A stretch of DNA of 64,000 bases, taken from positions 384,001 to 448,000 of the forward strand of contig CAVVUN010000001.1 in assembly GCA_963751455.1 (NCBI GenBank). The letters run 5' to 3'. Numbering within the stretch: the first letter of the stretch is position 1; every line of letters starts with the position of its first letter. The notes beneath the pieces are model-generated. The model saw nothing but the letters and a program-made list of their open reading frames with translations, was not told where the DNA came from and did not search any database. This DNA is from Nitrospirota bacterium. GTDB taxonomy: Bacteria; Nitrospirota; UBA9217. Below, piece after piece: positions 29,891 through 41,145 of this stretch. The position numbers and the translations under genes are program-made.

Positions 29891-30012
29891 CAAATCCCAA
29901 ATTTCAAAGCCCAAATCCCTAATAAGCTCCAAAACCGAAATTCCAATGTCTCAAACGTTTCGAATTTGTTTTTTGTTTTTATTTGAGATTTGGTGCTTGT
30001 TATTTGGTGCTT
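29891..30012. repeat. Intergenic inverted element of ~7-nt periodic units
   Basis: AAATCCC AAATTTC AAAGCCC AAATCCC on left; GATTTGGTGCTTGTTATTTGGTGCTT on right. Confidence 0.65.
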
Positions 30013-30024
30013 GTACCATGGTCT

Positions 30025-32566
30025 TCAATACATCCCCTCCCACGGGTCCTGATTCATGTGTTTAAACCGGGCCGCTGCGTTTCTTACCGTAATAGGATGG
30101 GTAAAAAGGTCTTCGGTCAATTCGGTTTCTGAAACGGGGAAGGCTATGCGAGCGTCGGCTGCAGCGCGCGTGGAATAGGGCACGATCGTGCTTGCTCCAA
30201 GACCGTTCCTCATATAGTCAAGCAGGATCTTTCCGGTGCGCCGTCTCTTCGATACCGTGGCTACAAACCATGAAGGTTTCCGCCTGACGAGGTCGAGCGC
30301 AATCGCCTTTGACATTTTTTTTAATTCGTCCCAGCTCAGAACAGGCTTGATCGGCACTACGATATGGATACCTTTGCCACCCGTCAATTTCAGGAACGGT
30401 TTCATGCCGTTTTGTATAAGCCAGTCTCTAATATAAAAGGCGGCTTCGATCAGCCTCTCGCTCGACACTTCCGGCGCCGGATCGAGATCAAGTATCATCC
30501 GGTCCGGGTGGTCAACATCATCTGCCCTGGAACCCAGCATATGGATCTCGAGAACTCCAAGTTGGACCAGCGACAAAATGCCGTTCAAATTATCCACAAC
30601 GGGGTACAGCCCGGGCTGCCCTTTCTCTTCTACAACAACGCTTCTGATTGCCACGGGAATATCGTCCTTCAGGTGCTTCTGAAAAAAACAGTCTTCCCGC
30701 ATACCGCGCGGAATGCCTTCCGGGCAGCGCACCAGCACAAGCGGCCGATTCACGACCTCCGGCAGCATCCGGTGCGCCACCCGCATGTAATATTCGGCCA
30801 GGTCCTTCTTGGTCAGGCCCTGGTCCGGATACATGATTCTGTCGGGGTTGGTAAGCTTTATCGGTATAATTGGGACTGGAATTACATCATCACCTGAAGC
30901 AGGAGCGTCATCCGGGGGGGGCGCTTCTTTCTCAAACGTTATCTCTTCTGCTTTCTTATCCTCCCTGATTCCTACAAAAGAGGGATGGCGTAAATTCCCC
31001 CCTTCTGTCCAATCTGAAAATTGAACTTCCGCAACCAGCCGGGGAGCTACCCAGCGCACGTCCCGGCTGCGCGGGTCGTCAATCGGTCCTGCAAAAGGAG
31101 AAGCAGGCTGCTCGATTTTTTTCAGTTGCTCGTAGACGGTCTTAATGGTCTGTTCGTTAAAGCCCGTGCCGACGTTTCCGCAATAGACAAGTTTACCCGC
31201 ATCATTATAATAGCCGAGAACAAGCGACCCGAAAAAGGACCATGCCCCTTTCGGCGCCGTAAATCCGCCAATGACGAATTCCTGGCGGTTGATGCATTTT
31301 TTCTTGACCCAGTATTTCGTTCTCTTCTGCAGATATGGGCTGTCCGTTCGTTTTGAAACGATCCCTTCGACAGAGTAGCGGCAGGCGTCGCGGAGCACCT
31401 GGTCGCCGGAGCGTTCAATGTGTTCACTGAAACGGATGGCAGGTATCCGTTCCTGGTATGTTGTAAGCAGTTCCCGAAGCACGGTTTTCCGCTCCAGAAG
31501 CGGCACATCCGATAAGTCCCTGCCCTGATAATAGGGAATATCGAATGCGTAATAGACCAGACCTTCGTCGTTGGGATGCTTCAGAATATTTTGGAGCTTT
31601 TGAAAGTTGGTGGTGCCGTCCGGATTCACGACCACAACCTCTCCGTCGAGAATCGCGCTTTGCACAGGGAGCCGCGACAATTGCCGGGCAAGCGTGGGGA
31701 ATTTATCGGTCCAGTTTTGACCTCGTCTGGTGGTTAATCCGACATTCCCCTTATTGATCCGGGCAATCAGACGGTACCCGTCAAATTTTATTTCGGACAC
31801 CCAGGCAGGACCCTCCGGCAGACGGGATACTAGGGTGGCAAGCTGCGGCAGAAATGAATCAGGCCACGGTGCTGTCTGTCCTATTGCGGCAGGCGGTTCG
31901 GGCGGCTTTTCGAATAAAGATTTTCCTGTTTCCCGACGTGCCTTCCCAGAAAGCGGATCTCTGTGCAGTAATCTCTTCCAGGGATCTGCCTGTCTTGGCG
32001 CTCAGGGTTTCCTGGGTCGTCACGTCGAAGTCCCTCCAGCGCCTGGCTTCCTGATCATCGGTCTTCATCAAAAGCCAGTTGTCCTTCTCTTCCTCTTTTC
32101 CGCTGCTGGTCCGGATCAGTTTCCACTGCCCTTTCAGTTTTCTGCCGTCCAGCTGGAATGCAAGCTTGCCCGCTTCGAGGCTTTTTCGCCAGTCGCCCAC
32201 CGGTCGCCACGTGCCCTTATCCCAGACCATTACCGTGCCTGCTCCGTACTGTTTTTCCGGAATCAGGCCCTCGAAATCCGCGTATTCCAGAGGATGGTCT
32301 TCAACATGCACCGCCAGCCGCTTTTCCGCGGGATCGTAACTGGGGCCTTTCGGCACGGCCCAGCTTTTCAGCACACCGTCGGCTTCCAGCCGAAGATCAT
32401 AATGAAGGCTCCTTGCGGCATGTTTCTGTACGACGAATATGGGCGCAACGGAAGGTTTGCGGACCCCTCCTTCGGGTTCACGCGTTTTATCGAAACGTCT
32501 TTTTTGTCGGTATTGCTGCAGGTTGGTTACGTCATGCGGCTTTTTTCTGCTTTTTTCTTCTTTCAT
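30025..32566 (-). CDS. ligD: NHEJ DNA ligase D (phosphoesterase-ligase-polymerase; apparent +1 break near 31945)
   Basis: FVVQKHAARSLHYDLRLE and VEDHPLEY (PE); EIKFDGYR and EGIVSKR (ligase); LTNPDR and DLDP (polymerase). Confidence 0.9.
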
Positions 32567-33359
32567 CTCCCGCTTGCTCCACGCTCTTTTGGAGGAGCTT
32601 CATGATGTCCTCAGGCATGGTCGCCGCGGCTTCTTCAACCGGTTCCTCCTCGGCAACTTTTACCATTCCGGTCTTTGCCTTCTGTTCTATCCACGTCATC
32701 AAGCGTTCCCGGTACTGGTCTTTGTATTTTTCAGGTTGCCACGTCCCGGTCATCGCCTCCACAAACTTTTCCGCCATTTCAATCTCCTTCGGCGATACCC
32801 GGAATTCCTTCACACCTTCTGCGGGAAAATCGTAGTCCGCTTCCTTCCGAAGCTCGGATTTGTAACGGAGCAGATTGAGCATAAGCGCGCGGCCCATGGG
32901 GAAAAGAACGGCAACATATTCACGAGTCCTGATGACCACGCGCGCAACGCCCACCTTCCCCGTTTTTCTCAGGGTTTCACGCAGCAGAACATAGCCCTTG
33001 ATGCCGGCCTTGGTAGGTACCAGGTAATAAGGCTTGTCGAAATAAATGCCGCTGATTTCTTCGGCCGGGACAAAATCCTCAAGCTCGACGGTCTGCGTAG
33101 CCTTAACATCAGCCCGTTTGAAATCCTCGTCTCCCAGAAGAACGTATCTCCCTTCTTCGTATTCAAAGCCTTTTACGATATTATCCCAGGGAACCTCCTC
33201 GTCCGTTCTTTCATTAACGCGCTGGTACTTGATTTTCGCGTTGTTCCTGCTGTCGATGAGATTGAAGTGCAGTTCCGAGCGCTGCTCTGCAGGGTAGAGA
33301 GTAACGGGTACGTTGATCAGTCCGAACGATATGTGACCCTTCCAGATGGGACGTGCCAT
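32532..33359 (-). CDS. ku: NHEJ Ku protein
   Basis: MARPIWKGHISFGLINVPV...YFDKPYYL...KYKDQY; GGAGG RBS. Confidence 0.95.
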   Translation of the reverse strand: MARPIWKGHISFGLINVPVTLYPAEQRSELHFNLIDSRNNAKIKYQRVNERTDEEVPWDNIVKGFEYEEGRYVLLGDEDFKRADVKATQTVELEDFVPAEEISGIYFDKPYYLVPTKAGIKGYVLLRETLRKTGKVGVARVVIRTREYVAVLFPMGRALMLNLLRYKSELRKEADYDFPAEGVKEFRVSPKEIEMAEKFVEAMTGTWQPEKYKDQYRERLMTWIEQKAKTGMVKVAEEEPVEEAAATMPEDIMKLLQKSVEQAGDERRKKQKKAA

Positions 33360-33393
33360 GTTGCGCCTCCATAGTTCATCCTGAATACGGCAG

Positions 33394-33539
33394 TTGGGCG
33401 CAGATGAACGCAGATAACTGCAGATCAAACAAAGAATTTTTAGATAAAAAAATTCACTCGCAGGGTGACTGCTTTTACGATACAAGAACGTTTTTTTATC
33501 CGACTTTATCTGCGTTTATCCGATTTTTCTGCGTCCCAA
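33394..33539. repeat. Intergenic inverted element of ~9-nt units
   Basis: TTGGGCGCAGATGAACGCAGAT ... ATCTGCGTTTATC..TCTGCGTCCCAA. Confidence 0.7.
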
Positions 33540-33823
33540 ATGCTTTTTTTAGGTTCATGAAAAAGACGAGGGACGACCCCCTCACTTCCTTCGCCAGGAC
33601 GATGGGCATTTTGCGTCCCCTCATCCCTCGCCGTCTTTTCGTCCCTCATCCGTCTTACACTGCGCGTTCACCACTTCTCCCCCGTTCGGGTGTATGATCT
33701 GGCTCGTAATGTAGGTTTATCAGGAAGACTTTGAACTGTTCGGGAAATTCCCTCGGAAGTTTTCTCTCTGCCATATATTCATGCCGCCTTGTATCCGATG
33801 GCGGAACGGAGGAGAAACCGATT

Positions 33824-34024
33824 TCAGGTCGATTTGCCTCTCCTCCTGCTTGAAGCGGGCGGCACTTTTGCGCCTTTTTTGCGCGCCTCAGACAGGCCTA
33901 TTGCGACGGCCTGTTTTGGGTTCCTGACTTTTTTGCCGCTTTTGCCGCTCTTCAGCTTACCTTCCTTCATTTTTTCCATTGCTGCATGGACTGTCTCCTG
34001 AGCTTTTTTCCCGTAGCGAGCCAT
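33824..34024 (-). CDS. Small basic stress protein (DUF6496-like)
   Basis: GKLKSGKSGKKVRNPKQAVAIGLSEARKKG; GGAGG RBS. Confidence 0.85.
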   Translation of the reverse strand: MARYGKKAQETVHAAMEKMKEGKLKSGKSGKKVRNPKQAVAIGLSEARKKGAKVPPASSRRRGKST

Positions 34025-34034
34025 TGTTTCCTCC

Positions 34035-34538
34035 TTAGGCCGCTTTTTTCTCGGTCTTCTGCTCCTGAATCTGCTGTGTTATCTCCTGAATCTGATCCTT
34101 CTCAAGTATTTTCTTTGCCATCTTGAATGTGTTCTTCTCCTCTTCTTCAAGATGATGGTTTACTATTTCGTGAAGTACATTCATCTTTGCCTGCCATCGT
34201 TCATCATCCATCTTCAGTTTCTCTAATTCGCCGAGTACGGTCTTCGCTACATTGTGTTCCTCATAGGCCTCGAGGGCTTTCTCGCGTGCATCTTCGGCTT
34301 GCTGAAGAACCGGATAAAAAAACTTTTCTTCGAGTTCCATATGCATCTGCAGCTCCGACTCCAATTCCGGAAACAGTTCTTCCCTGTTTTCGCCTTCTTC
34401 ATCCTCCTCTATCTGCTCAAACAAGTCCCTCACCTTTTCATGGTCCTGCAGCAGCAGATCAATAAACGTCGTTTCCGATTTCCCTCGCTGCTGGGTTCTG
34501 CCCTTGCTTCCGGTTTGTTTTGCTTTGCTTGCAGGCAT
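34035..34538 (-). CDS. Hemerythrin/HHE cation-binding domain protein
   Basis: LLQDH, HMELEEKFFYP, EEH, HHLEEEE. Confidence 0.9.
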   Translation of the reverse strand: MPASKAKQTGSKGRTQQRGKSETTFIDLLLQDHEKVRDLFEQIEEDEEGENREELFPELESELQMHMELEEKFFYPVLQQAEDAREKALEAYEEHNVAKTVLGELEKLKMDDERWQAKMNVLHEIVNHHLEEEEKNTFKMAKKILEKDQIQEITQQIQEQKTEKKAA

Positions 34539-34615
34539 CGTACACCTCCTCCCGGAGTTCTACTCCGGATCGCTGTATCTTCGCGGTATCAGGTTTGGCA
34601 GGGACTAAGTCCTGC

Positions 34616-35785
34616 CTATGGTTTAAGCACTACTTTTATGCACTCCTCATCCTTGTTCTTGAAGATATCGTACGCATGGGGACCGTCTTCCAGGTTCAGC
34701 CGGTGCGTGATAACAAACGAAGGATCGATGTCCCCTTTTTCTATATGCTCCAGCAGAATCCGCATATATTTCTGAACATGAGTCTGTCCCATCCTGAAGG
34801 TCAGCCCTTTCTGAAATGCCGCTCCGAAATTGATCTTGTCGAGTAGACCTCCGTAGACGCCGGGAACAGAGACGATGCCGCCCTTTCGGCAAGCCTGTAT
34901 CGCCTGGCGGAGCACCGTCGGACGATCTGTCTGAAGCCGGACCGTTTGTTTGGCCTTGTCATAGAGACCCACAATTCCTGTCCCGTGGGCTTCCATACCG
35001 ACCGCATCAATGCACGCGTCCGGTCCCCTGCCGTCCGTCATATCATTCAACGTGCTCAGGACCTCTGCCTCCTCGTAATTGATCACTTCGGCATATCCCA
35101 TTTTTTTTGCCAGCAACAGGCGTTCTTCGATCCGGTCTATTGCAATGACACGTTTCGCGCCCAGAAGCCTGGCGCTCTGTATTGCAAACTGCCCGACCGG
35201 GCCGCATCCCCATACCGCAACGACATCATCAGATTTTATTTCGCAATACTGCGCAGCCTGATAACCGGTCGGCAAAACATCGGACAGAAAAAGAACCTGC
35301 TCGTCAGTCAGTTCATGAGGCACTTTTATAGGGCCGATGTCGGCATAAGGGACGCGAACGTACTCCGCCTGCCCACCGGGATATCCTCCGAGCAGGTGAG
35401 AGTAACCATAGATCCCGGCCGGCGAATGTCCCCAGAATTTTTGCGCCATATCGGCATTCGGGTTGGAATTGTCACACAGGGCATATTCCTCACGCTTGCA
35501 GTGATAACAGGCTCCGCACGATATCGGGAAGGGAACCACGACCCGGTCCCCTTTTTTGAGGTTAGTCACAGCCGAACCGGTCTCAACCACTTTCCCCATG
35601 AACTCATGGCCTATGATATCGCCTTTCTCGGTCGTCGGAATGTAGCCGTCATAAATATGAAGATCCGACCCGCAAATCGATGTCAACGCGATTTTTATTA
35701 TTGCATCCCGGGGGTTGAGAATGACAGGATCGGGCGCAGCTTCAACCCGAATATCGTGGGTCCCAAACCATTGCAATGCTTTCAT
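34616..35785 (-). CDS. Zn-dependent alcohol/formaldehyde dehydrogenase-like protein
   Basis: ICGSDLH, GHEFMG, CGACYHC..C, GCGPVG. Confidence 0.93.
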   Translation of the reverse strand: MKALQWFGTHDIRVEAAPDPVILNPRDAIIKIALTSICGSDLHIYDGYIPTTEKGDIIGHEFMGKVVETGSAVTNLKKGDRVVVPFPISCGACYHCKREEYALCDNSNPNADMAQKFWGHSPAGIYGYSHLLGGYPGGQAEYVRVPYADIGPIKVPHELTDEQVLFLSDVLPTGYQAAQYCEIKSDDVVAVWGCGPVGQFAIQSARLLGAKRVIAIDRIEERLLLAKKMGYAEVINYEEAEVLSTLNDMTDGRGPDACIDAVGMEAHGTGIVGLYDKAKQTVRLQTDRPTVLRQAIQACRKGGIVSVPGVYGGLLDKINFGAAFQKGLTFRMGQTHVQKYMRILLEHIEKGDIDPSFVITHRLNLEDGPHAYDIFKNKDEECIKVVLKP

Positions 35786-35873
35786 CTTTCAATCCTTTAT
35801 CGAACGTTTTTTAATAATATTTCTGTGCCGGGGACACCGTTCCCTTACCTCCACAGTGCCCCCGGCACCTCGA

Positions 35874-36047
35874 TCATACGCGTGGCCCGCGTCTCATCAA
35901 TCCCATAATCAGTGAAACCACAAAGATTACGAGAAAGATAAAGAAAAGAACCTTCGCAATACCTGCTGCCGCCGTCGCAGCTCCTCCAAATCCAAGGAAC
36001 GCGGCAATTAGCGCGATAACGAAGAATACCGCTGCCCAGTAAAGCAT
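35874..36047 (-). CDS. DUF1328/UPF0391 small membrane protein (57 aa, not in the ORF track)
   Basis: [57 protein letters not shown]; AAGGAGG RBS. Confidence 0.9.
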   Translation of the reverse strand: MLYWAAVFFVIALIAAFLGFGGAATAAAGIAKVLFFIFLVIFVVSLIMGLMRRGPRV

Positions 36048-36263
36048 GGTTACCTCCTTTGGTCACCTGTTACCCTGTTTGCCGAATAGAATGTTTTAAC
36101 AGGATGTATTGTTCGTGACCCACCTTAATGTCAGCAGAAGTTCACGAACCATGCATGCGCCAGCATGCTCCGGTCGTCTCCCTTGCTGAGCGCCGTTTTA
36201 AAACGGCGATGCTGCTTCTTCACTCTCCTCTGAAAAAAGAGTTCGTGCGTTATAGGCATCCAT

Positions 36264-36593
36264 TCACTTTTTCTTTATCATGAGGAGATTATTTACCTTT
36301 GTCACTCCATACACGCTTTTCGCAATCGCTTCTGCACGGTCTTTCTGCTCTTCGGTGTCAACCGCGCCGTTCAGCGTTACGTTTCCTTCAAACGTGTTGA
36401 CACTGATCGCCATTCCTTTCAAAATGCTCTCTTCATAGAGTTTTGCCTTAACCTTCGTGGTAATCGTGGTATCATCTACTACCTCTCCGGACGTCCGGCC
36501 GGCCGGTGTTCTGCAGGCACTCAGCGTAAGCATCAGCATAAAGAGCATTACCGTGCCTGCGATCGCTCTGCGGGTGTTATCGTGCATGTTCAT
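36264..36593 (-). CDS. BON-domain lipoprotein (OsmY-like)
   Basis: LSAC lipobox; DDTTITTKVKAKL...VTLNG...GVTKVNNLL. Confidence 0.9.
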   Translation of the reverse strand: MNMHDNTRRAIAGTVMLFMLMLTLSACRTPAGRTSGEVVDDTTITTKVKAKLYEESILKGMAISVNTFEGNVTLNGAVDTEEQKDRAEAIAKSVYGVTKVNNLLMIKKK

Positions 36594-36961
36594 CGTCCAC
36601 CTTCCTTAAAATATGCGGATTAATATTCGTTGCCATGCCTTTACTTCCGTTCACTTGGTCTTTCAGTTTTTTCCAGTCGCTGTACCATGTCCGGGATTCT
36701 CATAATTCAATGCTAGCATGGACTTTCTTTTTGTCAATAAATTACAGGAAAGAGCGAATAGGTCCACAATAGATCTGTTTTTTTCTCTAGTACAAAGGAT
36801 TGAAGCACTCAGAGGAATATTAGTGAAGTAACATCTTAAGGACTGAAAATATATGTTGCTTCCTTGGTTCAATTGATATACTATTTTTCTGCTGGAGTAA
36901 GCATTGAACGCTCATCATCACCTGCGCGCACTGCTCCAATTAAAATGAAATAATAGGAGGT

Positions 36962-37414
36962 ATGTTCATGCCGGAAATTGTGAAGGTATCAACCGTAGAG
37001 AACAGCTTGAAACTGATGGGAGTCATCGAGGAATATTTCAAAAACAATCGGTTTGCCGAAATCACACAGGCAATCGGCATACACTCAGTACTTATAGACC
37101 CTCAGCGCGCGATAAGCAACCAGGCAACCTCGTACCGTGCGGTCCTGAACATGCTGAAAAACAGGATCTCCGTCAAGCTCGGCAAGAAATACGGCGAGTG
37201 GTATGCGGAATTTCCAAAGATAATGGACCAGCTTGTATCAGCCGGACAGAATCCGGTGGACCAGTCCGTCAAATCAATGCTATCCTCGCATTTTAACGGC
37301 TTCAGTTCTTTTAAATCTGTTGATGGTTTTTTCTTCTGGTCTCTTGAGGACAGGAGACTGCCCCTGGATCAGATCGTGAAACTCATCGAAAAAACTACGC
37401 AGAAATACGCGTAA
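36962..37414 (+). CDS. Hypothetical protein
   Basis: 150-aa ORF with strong AGGAGG RBS. Confidence 0.7.
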   Translation: MFMPEIVKVSTVENSLKLMGVIEEYFKNNRFAEITQAIGIHSVLIDPQRAISNQATSYRAVLNMLKNRISVKLGKKYGEWYAEFPKIMDQLVSAGQNPVDQSVKSMLSSHFNGFSSFKSVDGFFFWSLEDRRLPLDQIVKLIEKTTQKYA

Positions 37415-37470
37415 GGACCTTAACTCGTTTCTGAGCCTTTGGGGCAATTGAGAATCTGGTTCCGTAGTTT

Positions 37471-38502
37471 TTAGAGTAATGGCTGGATTTTTTCTAAAAC
37501 TGCTGCTACGGAAATGTCTTCCATGCACCGGTTTTTGTTATCGCACTTCCGCTTGAAACATGGCGAACAATCAATACCGGCCCGTATTGAGACGCATGAC
37601 GGGCCGTAGGGACCCGTCCTCCAGGGAGCCGTCGGTCCGAACAGCGCGACCACCTTCGCCCCCGCCGCCGCCGCAATATGCATGGGGCCTGTGTCAGTGG
37701 TAATGAAGAGATCGCACAATCCGGCAAGAGCCGCCAATTCCTTGAGCGAAGTTTCCCCCGCCCAGTTCGAAGCCTCGCTGCTCATGCCGTCGCATATTCT
37801 CTTAATCGTATCCCTGTCCTGGCGGCTTCCGGTAAAGATTATAGTTGCGTTTTTCTCGGATTGCATTCGGTCAGCCAGAGCGGAAAAGTTCCTCTCGGAC
37901 CACAGCTTGGTTTTCCATCTCGCAACAGGGTTGATGACGACAAGGGGGCTCCCCTCTTTTCTGACCGCAGCGGCACGCGCGGCCATCCGTACACGTTCAG
38001 GTTCAATGGAGAGGATGCAGGACGTCGCCGGGTTCTCTGCACCGAGATGACGCACAATATCCAGATACCGTTCAAGAGCATGTCTCTCGATATCGAACGC
38101 AGGCAGCCGCTCATTAAGAAACAGGTACGATAACTCGCGGGTGCCGTTGAAACCGATTTTGCGGTGAGCACGCGTTATTCCGATAAGCACGCCGCTCTTA
38201 AAGAGCCCCTGAAAGTCTATCGCGATGTCGTAGGTATCGCTCCGCAGTTCTCGAATGAAACGGATAACGCTTCGAAGCCCCTGCATGAACGTGTCTCGTT
38301 TCGTCATCATGCGCATCCACTTTTTTCTTTCCGACACGAGAACCTTGTCAATCAGAGGATGCCCCTCTATCAGGCCTGCGGCGGCTTCTTCCACAAGCCA
38401 GGTAATGCGGCTCTCAGGGTATTTCTTTTTGATGGTTTCCAATGCAGGCAGCGTTTGGACTACATCGCCGATAGCGGATAACTTGATAAAGAGTATCTTC
38501 AT
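37471..38502 (-). CDS. LPS heptosyltransferase (GT9)
   Basis: MKILFIKLSAIGDVV, IDFQGLFKS, DTGPMHIAAA, LFGPT. Confidence 0.92.
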   Translation of the reverse strand: MKILFIKLSAIGDVVQTLPALETIKKKYPESRITWLVEEAAAGLIEGHPLIDKVLVSERKKWMRMMTKRDTFMQGLRSVIRFIRELRSDTYDIAIDFQGLFKSGVLIGITRAHRKIGFNGTRELSYLFLNERLPAFDIERHALERYLDIVRHLGAENPATSCILSIEPERVRMAARAAAVRKEGSPLVVINPVARWKTKLWSERNFSALADRMQSEKNATIIFTGSRQDRDTIKRICDGMSSEASNWAGETSLKELAALAGLCDLFITTDTGPMHIAAAAGAKVVALFGPTAPWRTGPYGPSCVSIRAGIDCSPCFKRKCDNKNRCMEDISVAAVLEKIQPLL

Positions 38503-38743
38503 GAAAACTGGATTGAGCGTCAGCGAGCAGACATGTGGCGTTGAGCTTGAAAGAATTTTACCTGATACAGCGTGTAATAGCAAGATTTACTTGCTCAATC
38601 TATTCCTGCAGCGGATGCGCCCTTCTTTTATCTTGCATTTTCAGTGTATTTTGATACAATTTTTGGTGATTCGTATCACACTCCTGGGCATGGATCGTCC
38701 TGCCTTTAGAATTAAAAACTCATAAAACAAGGAGGGGTTGGTC

Positions 38744-39304
38744 ATGGCTGTCCGGACAAAAGGAAAGAATAAAGCTATAAAATCAAAGGCGCGAAAAACC
38801 GCCGGTAAAAAAAAGGTGAGAAATACAACAGTAAAGAAAAAAGCAGGTACCCCGAAAAAGGCAGTAGCAAATAAAACCGCTCAAAAAAAAGCAGCGAAAA
38901 AAAAGACGGCTGGAAAGAAAAAGTCACCTACGAAGCGCGCCCGGAAGCCGGCAGCGCAAACCTTATCGATGACTTCAATGGAGCTTAAATCTGCGATGGT
39001 CGAACCGGGGCCGTCTGCTGGCGGGATTCCACCCGTTGAAGAACCCGCTGAAAATGAGGAAGCGGTCGGCACGGTGACGCATTACTACAGTGACCTCGGA
39101 GTCGCTATTATCCAGATCAACAAGGACAGACTCAAGACAGGCGATACTATTCATATCCAGGGACATACCACTGATTTTAGTCAGAAAGTCGAATCGATGG
39201 AATACGAGCACCGCCGGGTCGAGGACGCCTGCGCCGGCCAGAGCATCGGCGTGAAGGTAATCGATCACACTCGGGAGCATGACATCGTATATCGCGTCAA
39301 ATAG
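38744..39304 (+). CDS. Lys/Ala-rich N-terminus fused to a translation-factor-like beta-barrel
   Basis: About 65 aa of KKAA/KKT-rich sequence, then VGTVTHYY..LGVAII...GDTIHIQGHTTDF.Q.VESM. Confidence 0.75.
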   Translation: MAVRTKGKNKAIKSKARKTAGKKKVRNTTVKKKAGTPKKAVANKTAQKKAAKKKTAGKKKSPTKRARKPAAQTLSMTSMELKSAMVEPGPSAGGIPPVEEPAENEEAVGTVTHYYSDLGVAIIQINKDRLKTGDTIHIQGHTTDFSQKVESMEYEHRRVEDACAGQSIGVKVIDHTREHDIVYRVK

Positions 39305-39458
39305 CATTTCAGCGTTCCGTTCCAGAGCGCAGGTTGTTATCTGCGCTTTTTTTGCACCCGCTGTGGTAAAATTAATTAGAATCATTAAGGTTTAATGGTG
39401 CATAGGCACGGCGAAGAGCGTTAAAACGCTCGCGTTGCGCCCTGCGGAGGAGTAGCCC

Positions 39459-41132
39459 ATCCCTTCTGTTCATGGCAACATAACCGGTCTCAAACCGGCT
39501 GAGATCAGGATGCTCAAGCGTCTCTACCGGAGAAAGACGCCTCCCGGTATGATCATCACCGCAGAAGCCGCCCGCGCGCTGACCGAAGCGTCAGCCGCGA
39601 TAGGAAGGCAGGTGGGATTAATCATGGACAGGGCCGGGAACATTAGGGACGTCCTCGTCGGCACAAATAAAGACATCCTGATACCGGACCTTTCCGAACA
39701 CCGTCTCGGCGCCCGGCGGCTCCGCGGGGTAAGGCTGCTACACACTCACCTCAGAGACCAGCCGCTGAACCAGGAGGACCTCACGGACCTCGCGCTGCTC
39801 AGGCTCGACATGATTGCCTCGGTGGCGGTACGCCCCGACGGTCTTCCGGGAAATATCTCCATCGCACATTTGCTTCCGCCGAACCAGGAAGAAAGAATGT
39901 ACGAAGTAGAACAACCGCGGCCGGTCCATACACTCGGTCCCGACAGCGCGGATTTCATCCCTGAGCTTGAACGCGAAATGGAGCGTGCGCAAATCGCCCG
40001 GGAAGTGGCCGTAAAAGATCGGGCGATTCTCGTCAGTGTTTCTAAAAGAAGCAGGCATGAGCAGGAAGAGTCCCTCGATGAATTGAAAGAACTTGCAAGA
40101 TCAGACGGAATCACGGTTCTTGACTCGGTAATTCAGCGGCCGCACGATATTAATCCTAAATATCTGCTGGGCGAAGGCAAGCTTAAGGAGTTGATTATCC
40201 GGTCCCAGCAGCTCGGTGCAGATCTGATCGTCTTCGGCCAGAACCTCACGCCGGCGCAGGTAAAAGCGATCGGCGACATTAGCGAAATGCGCGTAATCGA
40301 CCGCACCCAGCTGATCCTTGATATCTTTGCCCGAAGGGCGCACAGCGGAGACGGAAAGGTGCAGGTCGAACTGGCTCAACTCAAGTACCGCCTGCCGCGC
40401 CTTTCCGAGCGCTCTACGGCGTTGTCCCGTCTTACAGGCGGTATCGGAGGCAGGGGCCCGGGCGAAACGAGACTTGAAATAGACATGCGACGCGCGCGTG
40501 ACAGGATTCGAAGGCTCGAAAACCAGTTGGATTCACTGGGCAGGGCAAGAGGACAGCGCAGAGAGAAACGGATCAAAAGCTCTGTGCCGATCGTTTCCAT
40601 AGCCGGATACACGAATGCCGGCAAATCGACGCTCTTTAATGCTCTTACGAAATCGGCGGTCAAAGCCGAGAACCTCCTTTTTGCAACGCTGGATACCGCT
40701 ACCCGCAGACTGCGTTTTCCTCGTGATCGGGAAGTGGTCATTACCGATACCGTGGGTTTTATCAAGGATCTGCCTAAAGATCTTCTGGGCGCGTTCAAGG
40801 CAACGCTCGACGAAATGCAGGATGCTGACCTGATCCTTCATGTCGTCGACATCAGCAATCCCAGGTTCGAGCAGCAGATGGAGTCCGTCAACGGTCTTTT
40901 GTCGGAAATCGGACTTGATCACATACCGCAGCTTCATGTTTTCAATAAGGTGGACCTCGTGGACACGGCGTGGGCGAAGACGATTGCGGACCGCTTCAAC
41001 GGACTAGTCTGTTCGGCCGTCAAACCGGAAACGTTCGGAGATTTACTGAAAGAGATAGAAAGAATAATATGGCCGGATAAAAACCTGGAGATGAAGATCC
41101 ATGCCGTCGGTAAAGGGCATGGCGGTGGTTGA
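39459..41132 (+). CDS. hflx: GTPase HflX, long form; probable ATC start
   Basis: GYTNAGKST, LFATLD, DTVGF, NKVD; in-frame HGNITGLKP upstream of ATG 39510; GGAGG 8 nt before ATC 39459. Confidence 0.93.
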   Translation: MPSVHGNITGLKPAEIRMLKRLYRRKTPPGMIITAEAARALTEASAAIGRQVGLIMDRAGNIRDVLVGTNKDILIPDLSEHRLGARRLRGVRLLHTHLRDQPLNQEDLTDLALLRLDMIASVAVRPDGLPGNISIAHLLPPNQEERMYEVEQPRPVHTLGPDSADFIPELEREMERAQIAREVAVKDRAILVSVSKRSRHEQEESLDELKELARSDGITVLDSVIQRPHDINPKYLLGEGKLKELIIRSQQLGADLIVFGQNLTPAQVKAIGDISEMRVIDRTQLILDIFARRAHSGDGKVQVELAQLKYRLPRLSERSTALSRLTGGIGGRGPGETRLEIDMRRARDRIRRLENQLDSLGRARGQRREKRIKSSVPIVSIAGYTNAGKSTLFNALTKSAVKAENLLFATLDTATRRLRFPRDREVVITDTVGFIKDLPKDLLGAFKATLDEMQDADLILHVVDISNPRFEQQMESVNGLLSEIGLDHIPQLHVFNKVDLVDTAWAKTIADRFNGLVCSAVKPETFGDLLKEIERIIWPDKNLEMKIHAVGKGHGGG

Positions 41133-41145
41133 CACTAGCGTCGGT

